From IMG/VR virus record IMGVR_UViG_3300009130_000005, positions 52,467 through 116,466 of that record: a DNA stretch of 64,000 nucleotides; one strand, written 5' to 3'. The notes beneath the pieces were generated by a model. The model was not told the origin of the DNA. It saw nothing but the letters and a program-made list of their open reading frames with translations, and did no database searches. This DNA comes from a virus. Positions 23,632 through 35,462 of the stretch are shown here, piece after piece. How positions within the stretch are numbered: position 1 is the stretch's first letter; each line of letters begins with the position of its first letter. The translations under genes and the position numbers were made by a program.

Positions 23632-24729
23632 ATGAGTAAAGTACCATACAACATGAGCGAGGATTCCATCACCATCTTTTGGGAAGGAAAGCCTTATACG
23701 ATTAGAAAAGATAACGCAAATTTCTCTGCGGTAAAGCAAGCACTACTTGATGCTCGCTATGAGGATGTCGGTTCGCTACTAGACATTGCCAAAGCAGTAG
23801 AAGATTTCGTAGAGGGTGATGTAGAAGTCCGTGACGAAGTAGTTTACTACAAGGGCAAGCATCGTTTGCATGGAGTTGTCGTAGACAAGCTCTTGGAGAT
23901 GTTGCGTAGTGGCATGAAGGACTCGACTCCTATCACCAACTACATCAGCAGACTCATGGAGAATCCTTCTTCTAACTCTGTTAGCGAGCTTTATACCTTC
24001 CTTGGGTATAAGTCGCTTCCAATCACTCCCGAAGGGAATGTGTTAGGGTACAAGGGAGTTCAATCCGATTTTTGGTCAACCACAGGCAATGCAGATACCA
24101 TTGTCAAGCAAGGTCAGACCAACGAACGGCATCAGATTTTCAATGGAGTAGGAGAAACCATCGAAGTCCAACGCAGAAGCGTGGATGACAACAAGGACAA
24201 TCATTGTTCTTTCGGACTCCATGTTGGTTCGTATGATTATGCGAACGGATGGGCAGGAGATGGGGGAAGATTGCTTCTTGTGGAGTTTGACCCACAGGAT
24301 GCAGTTTCCGTTCCTACTGATTGCAACTTTCAGAAGTTGAGGGTCTGCAAGTACAAGGTAGTGGCAGATATTACCGACTCTCGCAAAGAGCTTGATAAGG
24401 CGGTCTACGAGGCTAATAAGCCTATCTACGGCTCAAACAATGACCTATCTGAATTGGATGAAGATTGGGATGACTATGATGACGAAGAATCCTTTGACGA
24501 GGAAGAAGTTTCCGATTGGGAAGATGAGAGCGTTCGTCTGATGGTTCGCAATTATGTTGAGAACAAGCATGAGCAAGGAGTTCTTCCAACGCTCAAGCAA
24601 ATCCAAAGTCGGCTTAAGGGTGAATCCATGACTTGTCGTGAGATTGCTAGTCTTGTAGAGGATTTGGGATATGTTGTCGGTGATGACGAAGATGTTCCAT
24701 TCTCACAACAAGAAGTATCGACATTCTAA
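23632..24729 (+). CDS. rIIB: RIIB-like protein
   Basis: LPITPEGNVLGYKGV, VDD....CSFGLHVG and DAVSVPTDCNFQKLRVCKYKVV motifs. Confidence 0.88.
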   Translation: MSKVPYNMSEDSITIFWEGKPYTIRKDNANFSAVKQALLDARYEDVGSLLDIAKAVEDFVEGDVEVRDEVVYYKGKHRLHGVVVDKLLEMLRSGMKDSTPITNYISRLMENPSSNSVSELYTFLGYKSLPITPEGNVLGYKGVQSDFWSTTGNADTIVKQGQTNERHQIFNGVGETIEVQRRSVDDNKDNHCSFGLHVGSYDYANGWAGDGGRLLLVEFDPQDAVSVPTDCNFQKLRVCKYKVVADITDSRKELDKAVYEANKPIYGSNNDLSELDEDWDDYDDEESFDEEEVSDWEDESVRLMVRNYVENKHEQGVLPTLKQIQSRLKGESMTCREIASLVEDLGYVVGDDEDVPFSQQEVSTF

Positions 24730-24780
24730 TAAAAATTTCTAACAACTTAGATACAAACAAAAAAAGGATATAGTAAAAAA

Positions 24781-25035
24781 ATGGAAACACAACAAGTAAA
24801 TGTAGTAGATTCTTCTCTTAGAGAAGCAAATGACGCTCAAGTTGATGCGGTATGGGCAATCCTCAAGTATCGGGAAATCGGTATTTATCGTAAGCTCGCA
24901 TCCATCAGCGAAGTGTTGAATCTTGATTTTGAGGAAGTTGTTTCTCAATTTCCTAGTGATGAAGAAGGCAGAGTTCTTGACCACAAGACTCGCCACATGA
25001 TTCACGATACGCTTATTTCTCTTAGCGAGGAATAA
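24781..25035 (+). CDS. Hypothetical protein
   Basis: ORF following rIIB. Confidence 0.6.
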   Translation: METQQVNVVDSSLREANDAQVDAVWAILKYREIGIYRKLASISEVLNLDFEEVVSQFPSDEEGRVLDHKTRHMIHDTLISLSEE

Positions 25036-26929
25036 TCAAATGGCAAAGCGGTTGGGTGCAAGGTTGGGGTTTCTTGCCTCATCCGTTTTTGCTTTTATGA
25101 TTGGTTGGGTTGCCGTATCATGCGTTCTCTTAGGTTGCTCCATATTGGGCTATTACCGCCTTTGTGGGGTCGCTAGAAACGCTTGGTGCGGAATCCTCCC
25201 ATATCAACTATGGAGCGAACATAAACCGAGTGAATACGAGTCCTATGGTCAACATCTCAAGTTGAGGCTCAAGGCATCATTAAGATTCCTATTCTTTCGA
25301 GAAACCTTGTCAGACATTTCATCACAAGATTCTTTTCAAGTCAGCTTCAAGGATTGCTTCTCAAACCAAGAACAGAATACAGACAGAAATTGCGGTAAAG
25401 ATGAAAGCGAATACTCTTATTTATATCAAGGTTGGAAAGAAGGAAATGGCAACGAATGGAAAGTAAGTAAATAGAAATTTTCTTTTCATTATTCATTCAT
25501 AGAAAATTATTTTATACTTTGAAAGGCGAATATAATTCAAAACAATTCAAAATATAATTCTGAATAATTTATTATTATATTATAAAACATATATTTCCTG
25601 TTCAAATCCTATAATTTCAAATGCCTACGAGCAACCCATTTCAAACAACCAAATAAGAACAAGCATACATACAATACATATATAAGTAATATACAATATA
25701 TAAGTAAGAAATAAAGGAATATATAATAATCAACAAATAAGATAGAATGATGTTTACTAAGTCCACTCCTTTTCTCTTGCGATTAACCCCCACGCAAATT
25801 ACATTCAAAATTATTTATTATTAGAATTTACCGCACTTCACCTTTTATTCTTATTACTTCAAATAAATAGTTGAACTTTGTAATTGATTATACTTTATAC
25901 AATATATAATAGAATAGAAAGACAAACAATATGAACAAAATAAATAAATTATTCAATAATATAAAAAATTTTATAAAATTCGTGGCAAGCCTTGTCGTGG
26001 ATGTCGTGAGATTTGTAATTGATAGAATCCGAAATAAGGAAAACACAAATAAACATCAAGAAGAAAATCTAGCAACTAGAAGAGAAGCACAAATAAATGC
26101 AAATAAGCCAAAACCATTTTACCAAGAAAGAAATAAACATGGGTTTCCTCAAGATTGCTCCAAAGCAGTTACCAAATAATACCCACGCGAATTGCAAACA
26201 AAATTTTATCAAATAAAGTACAAATAATAATGTTAGACGCAAGTTGGGAATTTTATCTTATCGTTTCGCTTTTGATTGTTGTTGTTCTAGAAGTTCTGAC
26301 CACTTAATTTTACGCAATTTTTCGTGCGGTTTCGCCAGGATTCGCCTAAATAAAGGTGTTCCCGCATTTTTTTCTTAAATTTTTTCGATTTTGATTGACT
26401 TTCAACCCCCCATCTGTCAGTATAGTACCATGAATAATACAGAAATGCTCAAGCAAAACATCGTTGACAAGCGTTTGACGCTCGCAACACTCATGTACAA
26501 CGCATCTCAAGAGATGACCGAAGAAGAAGTGGACGCTATGAAGGCAGATTGCCAAAGACTTCACCTCTTTGCACTCAACGGAGATTTGCAAGGTGCATTG
26601 GACGGAACACAACAACTCATCGACCAAATCCAAGACAGGTTCAACAATGAGCGATAACTTTTGGGAAAATATGGAAAGTGTCTCTCAAGTAATGGAAGAC
26701 CTAGAGAATGAACATAAAAGATTTTTTAGTATAGATGAAGAAATTGAACTTCTTAATTATAAAGAAAATTTTGTAAAGTCATGTTTATTTTGGAATGATG
26801 CAAATAATGTATCCGATGAAGAAAAGATGTCTCGTATAAGATGGGAATATAATAATATGTTTGATAATCTTGTAAAATTGATTGATAATAATGTAGAAGA
26901 ATGGGAAAAAAATTGCGATAATAATAGAA

Positions 26930-27373
26930 ATGACGACTACGACATCGAAATCTACGACGAAGACGAAAAAGAAGAGTTCTGAGGAAGGCTCGACCTTAAT
27001 AAAGGCACTTGAGTCTACTTACGCATGGCAATATATCTGCGACAACAAATTCGGAAAGGAAAACATTCAAATATTAGACTACTCACCGCCAAATAAAAAG
27101 GATGTTGAGTGGCTAAGAAAGCAGGGGTACAATGCAGATGCCTACTCCCCAAATAAAGACCCGAAGCCCAAGCAGAAGTACGACATAGTTATAAGCAAAT
27201 ATTTATTGAATAAAATTGATAACGATACTGAACGAAATAATGTATTATATAATATAGGCAATTTGACTACTGGTGATGGTTCTATGTTCTTAGTATCAAG
27301 TAAAAGAAAAGAAAAAAAGCTAAGTGATTATTGTATTTTTTCAAATAAACATTTTTCAATCTATTTCATTTAG
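26930..27373 (+). CDS. Degenerate class I SAM-methyltransferase-like protein
   Basis: ILDY..., LRKQGY..DAYSP and KYDIVISKYLLNKI match the fold pattern; the glycine-rich motif I is missing. Confidence 0.45.
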   Translation: MTTTTSKSTTKTKKKSSEEGSTLIKALESTYAWQYICDNKFGKENIQILDYSPPNKKDVEWLRKQGYNADAYSPNKDPKPKQKYDIVISKYLLNKIDNDTERNNVLYNIGNLTTGDGSMFLVSSKRKEKKLSDYCIFSNKHFSIYFI

Positions 27374-27410
27374 GGATTGAAGATAGTTTTACCAAATAAT
27401 GTGTGTGATT

Positions 27411-27487
27411 GCGGGAGTAGCTCAGTTGGATAGAGCATCTGCCTTCTAAGCAGAGGGTCGTGAGTTCGAGTCTCACCTCCCGTGCCA
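27411..27487 (+). tRNA. tRNA-Arg(TCT)
   Basis: GCGGGAG/CTCCCGT acceptor stem, TCTGC-CTTCTAA-GCAGA arm, CCA. Confidence 0.95.
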
Positions 27488-27556
27488 AAAATTCTCTTAA
27501 ATTTTGTGAAAAAATGTGTTGACAAACGGGGTAGAATATGAGATACTATATAAACA

Positions 27557-29182
27557 ATGGGGAAAGAAGCCGATAGAGAAAGAGCCATAATGCGAGAAGT
27601 AATCAAGCTCCACAAGAAAATTGATTATCTTACAGACCAAGTAATGGAGCGACTAGACAAAATGACAGGCGAACAAGCCCAAAAAGATTTTCCGTTTGCA
27701 CCTACGCCTGACGAAGGTATAAAATCAATAAGAATAAAAGGAAGAAACAATGAGTAAATCCGCAACTTGCAGTCGCAATAGTAACATCCAACGCAATATC
27801 GAGAATGGACATTACATCCATAACTCTCGATTCCGTAACTACGGAGAACTTCCCGAAGACCGCCCAAGTTGGGACTTTCGGGTAAAGCGTCACGGACAAG
27901 CACTTGCCAAACTAGAACAAGCAGAAAGAAAGATTCGTAAACATGGATAATTCAACACAAAAATATGTGGAGTTTGATAAGCTCCAATGGGTATGTAATA
28001 AGCCTTTGCCAAGTGTCGGCACAGAGGTAAATGTCACTATCAATGGCATTGGTCGTTCGGTAGTAGAAAAGTATTTCGTGGAACACGGATTCATTGGACT
28101 TATTGTTCAGCCACAAAATCCACCGACTTGGTATCGAGAGCAAAATAAGTCTACGAAGGATTCGGCACTTTATGATTGGACTCATTGCCATGTATTTCCT
28201 GCGGAAGTCTCCGAGCTTCAAGTTCGGAATAATGATGGGAAAGCAGACGAAGAGTTCTACAAAAAGGTACTTCACCCTGCATGATTGATTCAGAAAACTT
28301 TTATCTTGTCAAGCAGATTGCTGACCTTCTTGAAAAGAAACTTGATCTCAAGGTTAAGGATCACGGAATGTGGAGAATACAATGTCTCATACATGATATG
28401 ATTGAAGAGAAAGAACATATAACAAATAATAAGGAGAAAGAGAAAATTCATTTAGCGTAATATAATAACAATAAACAAAATCTTTGTAAATAAGCGGTTG
28501 GCGTAAGTCCTTCGAGCGGAGGGGTTTGCAAAAATCGCCCGCCGATTTTCTTGAGTTTGTCAAGCTAAATGATTGATAAACTTGTTTGTGAATCATATTT
28601 GCGTTTTTTGATTCACAAACGCTAAAAAACTTTTTTCAATTTCACAAAGAAAAAGGTTGACTTCACCCCAAAACCTGTCATACTAGGTACTATGAATTAC
28701 GCACAAGAACAACTAGAATACCTTGAGTGGAAGGCTCAAGCCGAACAAGAAAAACGATATCACCCATGCGACATTAGCGAGGGAGTCTATGCTCTAGTGG
28801 ATGATGATAGTCCTAGCGAATCGCCAATGTTTTTCCTTACATTGGAAGGAGCATCAACTTATGCAGAGGGAAGTTACCCTTATTGCAATGGCAATTGGTC
28901 GGTATATAGAATTGGTCAAAAGGTAATGTAACTTTTTCCTTGACAAAGCACCGATAATTTGAGAGAATATATACTATGACACAAAGAAATGCACACATCG
29001 ACACTCCCGAACAAATTGACGCTTTCAGAGCAAGAGTATTGTTGAGGGGATTGAAACTAGAAACGCTAGGAATGACTAAACGAGGAGCATCTTGTTATTC
29101 CATTATCAAGCAAGAGTATGGGCTGAAGGGCAGTAAGCAAAAAGTTTACGAGAACTTCAAGAAAATCCTTGACATGAGATAG
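27557..29182 (+). other. Small hypothetical CDSs (27557, 27750, 27943, 28692, 28976)
   Basis: ORFs behind TTGAC promoters at about 27519, 28657 and 28940. Confidence 0.65.
28531..28549 (+). repeat. Composite element copy 1 (core palindrome)
   Basis: AAAATCGCCCGCCGATTTT. Confidence 0.9.
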
Positions 29183-29202
29183 ATAATTTGAGAGAATACA
29201 CT

Positions 29203-30408
29203 ATGCAAAAACTAGAAAAGCTATACAAGATAGACTCGCTTGGGAAACTGAGAGAGTGGACAATGGTTATTGACGGAGACTCATTTCACGCAGAGAAGGG
29301 TTTAGTTGGAGGTAAAATCGTATGCGATAAGCCAACGACTGCAATCGGCAAGAACGAAGGTAAGGTCAACGAGACTACCAACGAAGAACAAGCATTGCTT
29401 GAGGCTCAAGCAAGATGGGACAAGAAACTCAAGGAAGGTTATGCTCTCACTCCAAAGGAAGCAGAAACCATGAGTTATTACGAACCCATGCTTGCACAAA
29501 AGTTTGAAGATAGAGAGAAAGAGATTCAGTCTGTATTTGACAATGAAGGCAAAGTCTTTTCTCAAGCCAAACTAGATGGCATCCGTTGCATCATTCGCAT
29601 GGAAGATGGAGAGATAGTTGCTCGTACTCGCAAGGGTAGGACTATCGACACAATCCCTCATGTGATTGAGGAACTGAGCGTGTTCTTTGACTGCAACGAA
29701 GATGCGATACTAGATGGTGAGTTGTACAATCACGACTTGAAGCACGACTTCAACAAGATTGTTTCTCTTGTACGCAAAAAGACTCCCGAAATGACCAAAG
29801 GTGATTCGGAAAAAAGTTTTGCAAGAAAAGAAGCAAAGTATGCTGACGCATTGCAAGAGTCTAAGGGTTTGATTCAGTATTGGGTTTATGATTGCCCAAA
29901 GTTGTCAGATGCTTACGATGAGTCAATCGCCTTCTCCGCTAGAAACTTTATGCTACAAGGAGAGTTCACGGATGTAGTGGATGGGAACTCTGTCAAACTC
30001 GTACAGACAGATGAGTCACAATCGTTTGATGAACTTGACGAAAAGTATTCAGAGTATATGCAAGATGGTTACGAAGGGCAAATGGTTCGCATCGACTCTC
30101 CATATGAGAGCAAGCGTTCAAAGTCTTTGCTCAAGCGTAAAGAGTTCCAAGATGCAGAATACAAGGTAATTGACATTGAAGAAGGTAATGGCAATCGTAG
30201 TGGTACTGCAAAGCATTTGGTGTGCTATTGCGAGGAAACTGACCAAACCTTCAACTCAAATGTCAAGGGCAACTTTGACTATCTTGCAGAAATCTTAGAG
30301 AACAGAGAATACTATATTGGCAAACTTGCCACAATCAAGTTCTTTGAGCTTACACCTGATGGAGTGCCTCGCTTTCCTTATGCGATAGCATTTCGAGACT
30401 ACGAATAA
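29203..30408 (+). CDS. ATP-dependent DNA ligase
   Basis: KLDGIRC, LDGELY, EGQMVR, LLKRK and PRFP motifs; leaderless ATG at 29203. Confidence 0.95.
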   Translation: MQKLEKLYKIDSLGKLREWTMVIDGDSFHAEKGLVGGKIVCDKPTTAIGKNEGKVNETTNEEQALLEAQARWDKKLKEGYALTPKEAETMSYYEPMLAQKFEDREKEIQSVFDNEGKVFSQAKLDGIRCIIRMEDGEIVARTRKGRTIDTIPHVIEELSVFFDCNEDAILDGELYNHDLKHDFNKIVSLVRKKTPEMTKGDSEKSFARKEAKYADALQESKGLIQYWVYDCPKLSDAYDESIAFSARNFMLQGEFTDVVDGNSVKLVQTDESQSFDELDEKYSEYMQDGYEGQMVRIDSPYESKRSKSLLKRKEFQDAEYKVIDIEEGNGNRSGTAKHLVCYCEETDQTFNSNVKGNFDYLAEILENREYYIGKLATIKFFELTPDGVPRFPYAIAFRDYE

Positions 30409-30429
30409 ACCACAAACATATTGCGAAAA

Positions 30430-31023
30430 ATGATTGACCCAAAAAAAGTTACAGACTACAACAGAAACGAATGGCAACTGCAAGAGTTCCTTATCTACTG
30501 CGTATGCGTTGCAGGTAAGAAGAGTGAAATTGAATCACCAAAGGTTCGCAAGTTTTGCATGGATGCAAGATTTGGATTTGGACTAACTCCATTTGAGCTT
30601 ATACGCAAACTGCTTTCAGTCTCTTCTGTAGAAGAAGATGGTTTGATGCAACATCTCAAGAAGTATAAGATTGCACCATATCAGCAACGCTATAATAGCT
30701 TCAAGGATATTGCAACCTTACTTGACGGAGATTTGCGTGAGGTTACAATTGATCAGTTGCAAGAGGTTCGTGGGATCAGCACGAAGACTAGCAGATTCTT
30801 TCTTACTCACTCAAGAGAGGATTTCGATGAACCTGTACTTGATACGCATATTTTGCGATTCCTTACTGACTTTGGATACAAAGATGTTCCGCAGTCAACC
30901 CCTCAGAACCCAAAGGTTTACGAAAAGTTTTCCAAGATATTCAGAAGTATTGCTAGATTTGAGGGTAAAAGCGTTACCGACTTTGATCTAGAGGTATGGA
31001 CTAAGTATTCCTACGGAAATTGA
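30430..31023 (+). CDS. HhH-GPD DNA glycosylase-like protein (OGG/EndoIII superfamily)
   Basis: VRGISTKTSRFFL HhH motif with Lys; VLDTHILRFL catalytic Asp; FDLEVW. Confidence 0.8.
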   Translation: MIDPKKVTDYNRNEWQLQEFLIYCVCVAGKKSEIESPKVRKFCMDARFGFGLTPFELIRKLLSVSSVEEDGLMQHLKKYKIAPYQQRYNSFKDIATLLDGDLREVTIDQLQEVRGISTKTSRFFLTHSREDFDEPVLDTHILRFLTDFGYKDVPQSTPQNPKVYEKFSKIFRSIARFEGKSVTDFDLEVWTKYSYGN

Positions 31024-31058
31024 TTGACAAAGACAACAACTTCAACTACTATATTATT

Positions 31059-31787
31059 ATGCAAACATTACAGAAAGCGAAAAAAGATAATTCACGCATT
31101 GCTCGTCATGCTGACATCATAGTAACCTCTGATAGGTACAAACGAGTAGACAACTTCTTCAGCAACCTATCGCTAGGAGTCGTCAAGAAAGAAGAGGCTT
31201 ATTGGGACGAGCTTACCATCCGTGACGATGCAGAGTATTTCGCTCGTTGGGTCTTTGGTATAATGAGCGTTCATACTACATGGGAGAGCAATGTGCGAGG
31301 TTATAATCTCGCCATGCAAGACTTGTCTTGGACAACCTCTAAGGATAGACTAGAGCAGATGGTCATTGATGCAAAGGTTGGAATGTACGAAAGACGCAAC
31401 AAGGGCTTATGGCAACTTGTTGACAAGTTCCGTGAAGACCCAAAGCAGTTCTACAAGAAAGAAGATGAAACTTGGCAAGAGTGCAGAAATCGTCTTATAG
31501 GTAGCATTTATGGTTTGGCTAACGCAAAGACAACTTACTCTATTGCGTTGGCATTCCCTACTGAAGCTCGTCTATGTTGCCTAGATGTCCATTTGCTACG
31601 CTTTATGGGGCATGACCTCAAAAAGGGTCACGCAAGCAATCTGAAGGTCTACGAGGAGATGGAGAACGAGTGGCTAGAGCGTTGCGACAAGTATGATGTC
31701 TCACCCAATGTTGCAAGAGAAATCTATTGGAATAAAGTCCAAAACAGAAGAAACTCTCGCTATTGGTCTTATTGCTTAGAGCGATAA
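31059..31787 (+). CDS. Second HhH-GPD DNA glycosylase-like protein
   Basis: IYGLANAKTTYS and CLDVHLLRFMG motifs. Confidence 0.7.
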   Translation: MQTLQKAKKDNSRIARHADIIVTSDRYKRVDNFFSNLSLGVVKKEEAYWDELTIRDDAEYFARWVFGIMSVHTTWESNVRGYNLAMQDLSWTTSKDRLEQMVIDAKVGMYERRNKGLWQLVDKFREDPKQFYKKEDETWQECRNRLIGSIYGLANAKTTYSIALAFPTEARLCCLDVHLLRFMGHDLKKGHASNLKVYEEMENEWLERCDKYDVSPNVAREIYWNKVQNRRNSRYWSYCLER

Positions 31788-32345
31788 CAAGAAAGGATAT
31801 TATCATGGGTATACATCAAAACGCTCCAAATCTTAACGCATTGATGGAAGAGGGAGAACTTCCCGATGATGCGATATATTATCCTGAATATGACAAGGCA
31901 ATCCTTGGATTCACGACAAAAGGTCAAATCGTATACGATGTAGACGCTTGTGTGCAATGCTTAGTCGATGACCAAGACATGGGTTACGAGGAGGCTACCG
32001 AATATTTTTGGTTCAATACGGAAGGTGCTTACTTTGGTGACAAAACACCAATTTTCCTAAACCAAAGGGCGCAACATAATGGATAATATTGTTATGTTTT
32101 TCTTTTATGTTTTTATTGCCTATTTACTTTTCCTTCAATACCGATAGAATAAGATGTGAACAAAAGTGAAATAGAGGAATACTTCGAAGCTATCAATTGG
32201 TTTGAAAAGCTGCAAAAGGATGAAGTAGAAATAGAGCAAATAGTCCAAGAGATGTTCCGACTATTCCCCTATACAAGCACAAAGTTATTGCACCAAGGTT
32301 TCTTTATGGCGATTGTCTCAATGAACTGATTATCAGCGATTTGGG

Positions 32346-32364
32346 AAAATCGCCCCACGATTTT
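32346..32364 (+). repeat. Composite element copy 2
   Basis: AAAATCGCCCCACGATTTT. Confidence 0.9.
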
Positions 32365-32473
32365 TTTAAAGCCACATAAATCCTTCATTGTCAACAGTTT
32401 TCGTAAGAAAAAAACTTTAGTTTTATGCAATTTAGGGGTTGACTTCACAAGCTTTTCTGTCATACTATATATT

Positions 32474-32872
32474 ATGAAACGCACTAAGAATGACAAGAAG
32501 TATGATCTCGACTTTGACCGCAAAGTCTTTGTCTATAAAAACTTGCACAAGGGTTGTTGGAGCATCAAGCAAGATGGTCTTGTTAAGGCTCACGCAACGG
32601 AGTTGACCCTTTATGGATGTAATATGTATGTGAACCGCAAAGGTAGGCAAAGAGTATTGAGGGAAAAAAGAAAGAATGTTCATGCAGGAATCAAAGGCTA
32701 CCTCAGGGATGCAGAGCTTGAGCGTGTTTGGGGCGACTTGCCCGAAGATCAGTTTGACGAGATAACATACAATCCTTACAAGTATTCCTCATTCGTTCAC
32801 ACTAAGGATGAGTCTCCTCGTTGGTTTGGGATTATCGCAAAACTTGAAGAAAAAAGAGTACTTATTGCTTGA
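32474..32872 (+). CDS. Conserved phage hypothetical protein
   Basis: VYKNLHKGCWSI and GRQRVLREKRKNVHA, a recurrent phage family pattern. Confidence 0.7.
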   Translation: MKRTKNDKKYDLDFDRKVFVYKNLHKGCWSIKQDGLVKAHATELTLYGCNMYVNRKGRQRVLREKRKNVHAGIKGYLRDAELERVWGDLPEDQFDEITYNPYKYSSFVHTKDESPRWFGIIAKLEEKRVLIA

Positions 32873-33159
32873 CAAAACGCATAAACCCAACTAGACTACT
32901 ATAATGAAACACAAACTAAGCCGAGAAGACCTTGAGGTAATCTTTGATGTCCTCAATGTTTATGACCCAAACGACATAAGCCATGTCTACCCCGAAATGG
33001 GAGAAAGCGAATTCACTACGCAAGTTGAAAAAACTTGGAAGAAAGTCTTGAGTATGCTAGACTATGACCCAACCATTTCATGGGATTATACTCTTGGGAA
33101 GCCCGATCCGTTCTGCGAAAATGCTTGACAATCACGACCAAAACTGAGAGAATATAACC

Positions 33160-33561
33160 ATGAAAACACTATATATCGTAAGAGGACTTCCAGGAAGTGG
33201 CAAGTCTAGCCTAGCAAAGAAAGTCACGGAGTTAGTATACTCTGCTGACGATTTCTTCACCAACAAGAAGGGTGAATACAATTTCAACGCCAAACTACTC
33301 GGCAAAGCACATGAGTGGTGTTGGGGCAAAGTAAGAGATGCAATGTTCATTGGAGCAAATGCAGTTGCCGTTGCCAATACCTTCACTCAAGCATGGGAGG
33401 CAGAAAAGTATTATCAGATTGCAGAGGAATACGGATACTCTGTCTTTGTAATTGAATGTCAAAATGACTTCGGTAATGTCCATGATGTACCACAAGAAAG
33501 TATTGATGCAATGAGAGAAAGATGGGAAAAAGACTTGACTCCTGTCGCCAATCTGTCATAA
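33160..33561 (+). CDS. P-loop kinase (AAA_33 / polynucleotide-kinase-like)
   Basis: IVRGLPGSGKS, SADDFF, VANTF and NVHDVP motifs. Confidence 0.85.
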   Translation: MKTLYIVRGLPGSGKSSLAKKVTELVYSADDFFTNKKGEYNFNAKLLGKAHEWCWGKVRDAMFIGANAVAVANTFTQAWEAEKYYQIAEEYGYSVFVIECQNDFGNVHDVPQESIDAMRERWEKDLTPVANLS

Positions 33562-33593
33562 TTGAACACATAACACTAACAAAAGGATATATT

Positions 33594-34010
33594 ATGGGAT
33601 TAGACCAATATGCATACGCAACCCCTAAAGGGACAGAAGAACAAGAAGAACTCGCTTATTGGAGGAAGCACAATCGACTCCAAGGATGGATGGAGCAACT
33701 TTGGGAAGACAAAGGTAGACCATTCGATGGAGAGAAAGATGAAGGAAACCCAATGGGTGATTTCAACTGCGTTCCTGTTGAACTTACTTTGTCAGACCTT
33801 GAACAACTTGAGGCTCATGTAGAAAACAAAGCATTGCCCGAAACAGGTGGGTTCTTCTTTGGTAGCGACTCCTTTGGTTGGACAACTGAAGATGGCGAAG
33901 AGTATGGAGAGAATGATTATCATTACAAAGAAGATGACCTCCAATTCATCGAAAAAGCTCGTAAAGCTATCGAAGAAGGCAAGAAGGTATTCTACAACTG
34001 CTGGTGGTAA
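33594..34010 (+). CDS. Conserved phage hypothetical protein
   Basis: MGLDQY, YWRKHN and LPETGGFFFG motifs. Confidence 0.75.
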   Translation: MGLDQYAYATPKGTEEQEELAYWRKHNRLQGWMEQLWEDKGRPFDGEKDEGNPMGDFNCVPVELTLSDLEQLEAHVENKALPETGGFFFGSDSFGWTTEDGEEYGENDYHYKEDDLQFIEKARKAIEEGKKVFYNCWW

Positions 34011-34011
34011 G

Positions 34012-35329
34012 ATGCAAGTATTGAAACAAATTATTGAACATTGGGGTTTTGTTGACTCTCAACAATTACCCGAACTAGCAAAGCATTTTCCCGATACTCC
34101 GCTTGTTATCAAATGGGGAGCAATGCCAAGAGAGCAAATCGTTGCATCAAAAGTTGCTGAACGCATCAAAGAGGTTGAGCAATGGAATCAAGACTATGTT
34201 CGTGAGGTTTTTATTTGCTCTGAACAATTTCGCAAGCTCAAAGAAGTTTTTGGGTTGACAGATGCCTCCTAATCTGAGAGAATACTATAATGCAAACAAT
34301 AGATATCACACCAACTTGGGAGGCTTGCGTCAAGATATACATGGCAGTCCTTGAAAATGAAAACGCATCCTTCACAGGAAAAAGAGAAGCGAGAGCAGAA
34401 CTCATTCGCCTAGCAAAGATAGTAGACAATCAGAACGATAAGGCAAAACAAAAGGAGGAAAACTTTCACCCCGATACAAAAGATAACAACCGATACAACA
34501 ACGCAGATGTTGATGTAGATATGCTAAACCAAATGTACAACCAAACTATATAATCATGGGCAAAAAAGCTAGAGAAAAAGGAATACCTAACGCAGAAACG
34601 CATAAAGCTCTGCACACAATCGCAAAGAAGTCTTCTCACGGAGGCAACAAACCATTGGTAGAATCTTTGACTAATCCTAATGTGATGGTCACGCAAAAGG
34701 TTCGCAAGGCACAAGAAAGAAGGAGGGCAGTATAATGGGAGAATGGGATTCATATATTGATGCAGTTGTCGCAGTAGACGAACTTGGCACTTTACCTCCT
34801 TTGGAGTCTGAACCCGAATACGATGCGGATTCTGACACATGGGCTTTACACTTTGAATACGAAGACCCTATGATGGGCGGTAACGATATGGTGACCTTGC
34901 ACTTCGATAAAGAAGAGGATGCAATCTTTACTGCAAACAAAATTGTAAGCGATAGGCATATCGCAATGTTGGAACTAGAAAGAAAGAAAGCTGAAAAAGT
35001 CCTTGACAAACAAGGCTAATTGTGGCATACTATATATTATGAAACTGAAAAAGAAAAAGACAAAACTCGAAAACACTATCACTAACCTTCTTGCGCGTGG
35101 CACAGCCATTGCAAGTTTTGACTACAACGGAGTTTCTCGTAATGTAATCATTGGGGCAAACGCATCGTCCCAAGGAGACAGGCAATGGGGGCAAATGTCC
35201 AACAAGGCTATTGTTGAACACAAGGGAAAGAAGTATCTTTCTGCTCGTGTCAATAACGACATTGGTCATGTCAAGGCATTCTCCCTCGACAAAATTTCCA
35301 ATTTTCAAGTTGATGGTTCTGTAGTGTAA
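34012..35329 (+). other. Small hypothetical CDSs (34012, 34290, 34735, 35039)
   Basis: Packed ORFs; promoters at about 34255 and 35003. Confidence 0.6.
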
Positions 35330-35352
35330 CCGTTGGTTAGTGGTGTGTTCAT

Positions 35353-35384
35353 ACGGAGGGTCCATTCGGGCCCTCCGTTTTTTT
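35353..35384 (+). terminator. Rho-independent terminator
   Basis: ACGGAGGGTCC-ATTC-GGGCCCTCCGT followed by a T-run. Confidence 0.85.
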
Positions 35385-35436
35385 GTATCCCTGCAAATAG
35401 GCAGTCATAAGTATTTGCTCTATCGGGGGTTACGAA

Positions 35437-35462
35437 AAAATCGCCCGCCGATTTCGTGCCAA
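35437..35462 (-). repeat. Composite element copy 3 with sigma54-like box
   Basis: Reverse complement reads TTGGCACGAAATCGGCGGGCGATTTT. Confidence 0.9.

Noticed and set aside
25040-25474. 144-aa ORF as a real gene
   Set aside because: Composition is unlike neighbouring genes and the 5' part coincides with hairpins. Left uncalled, but not disproved.
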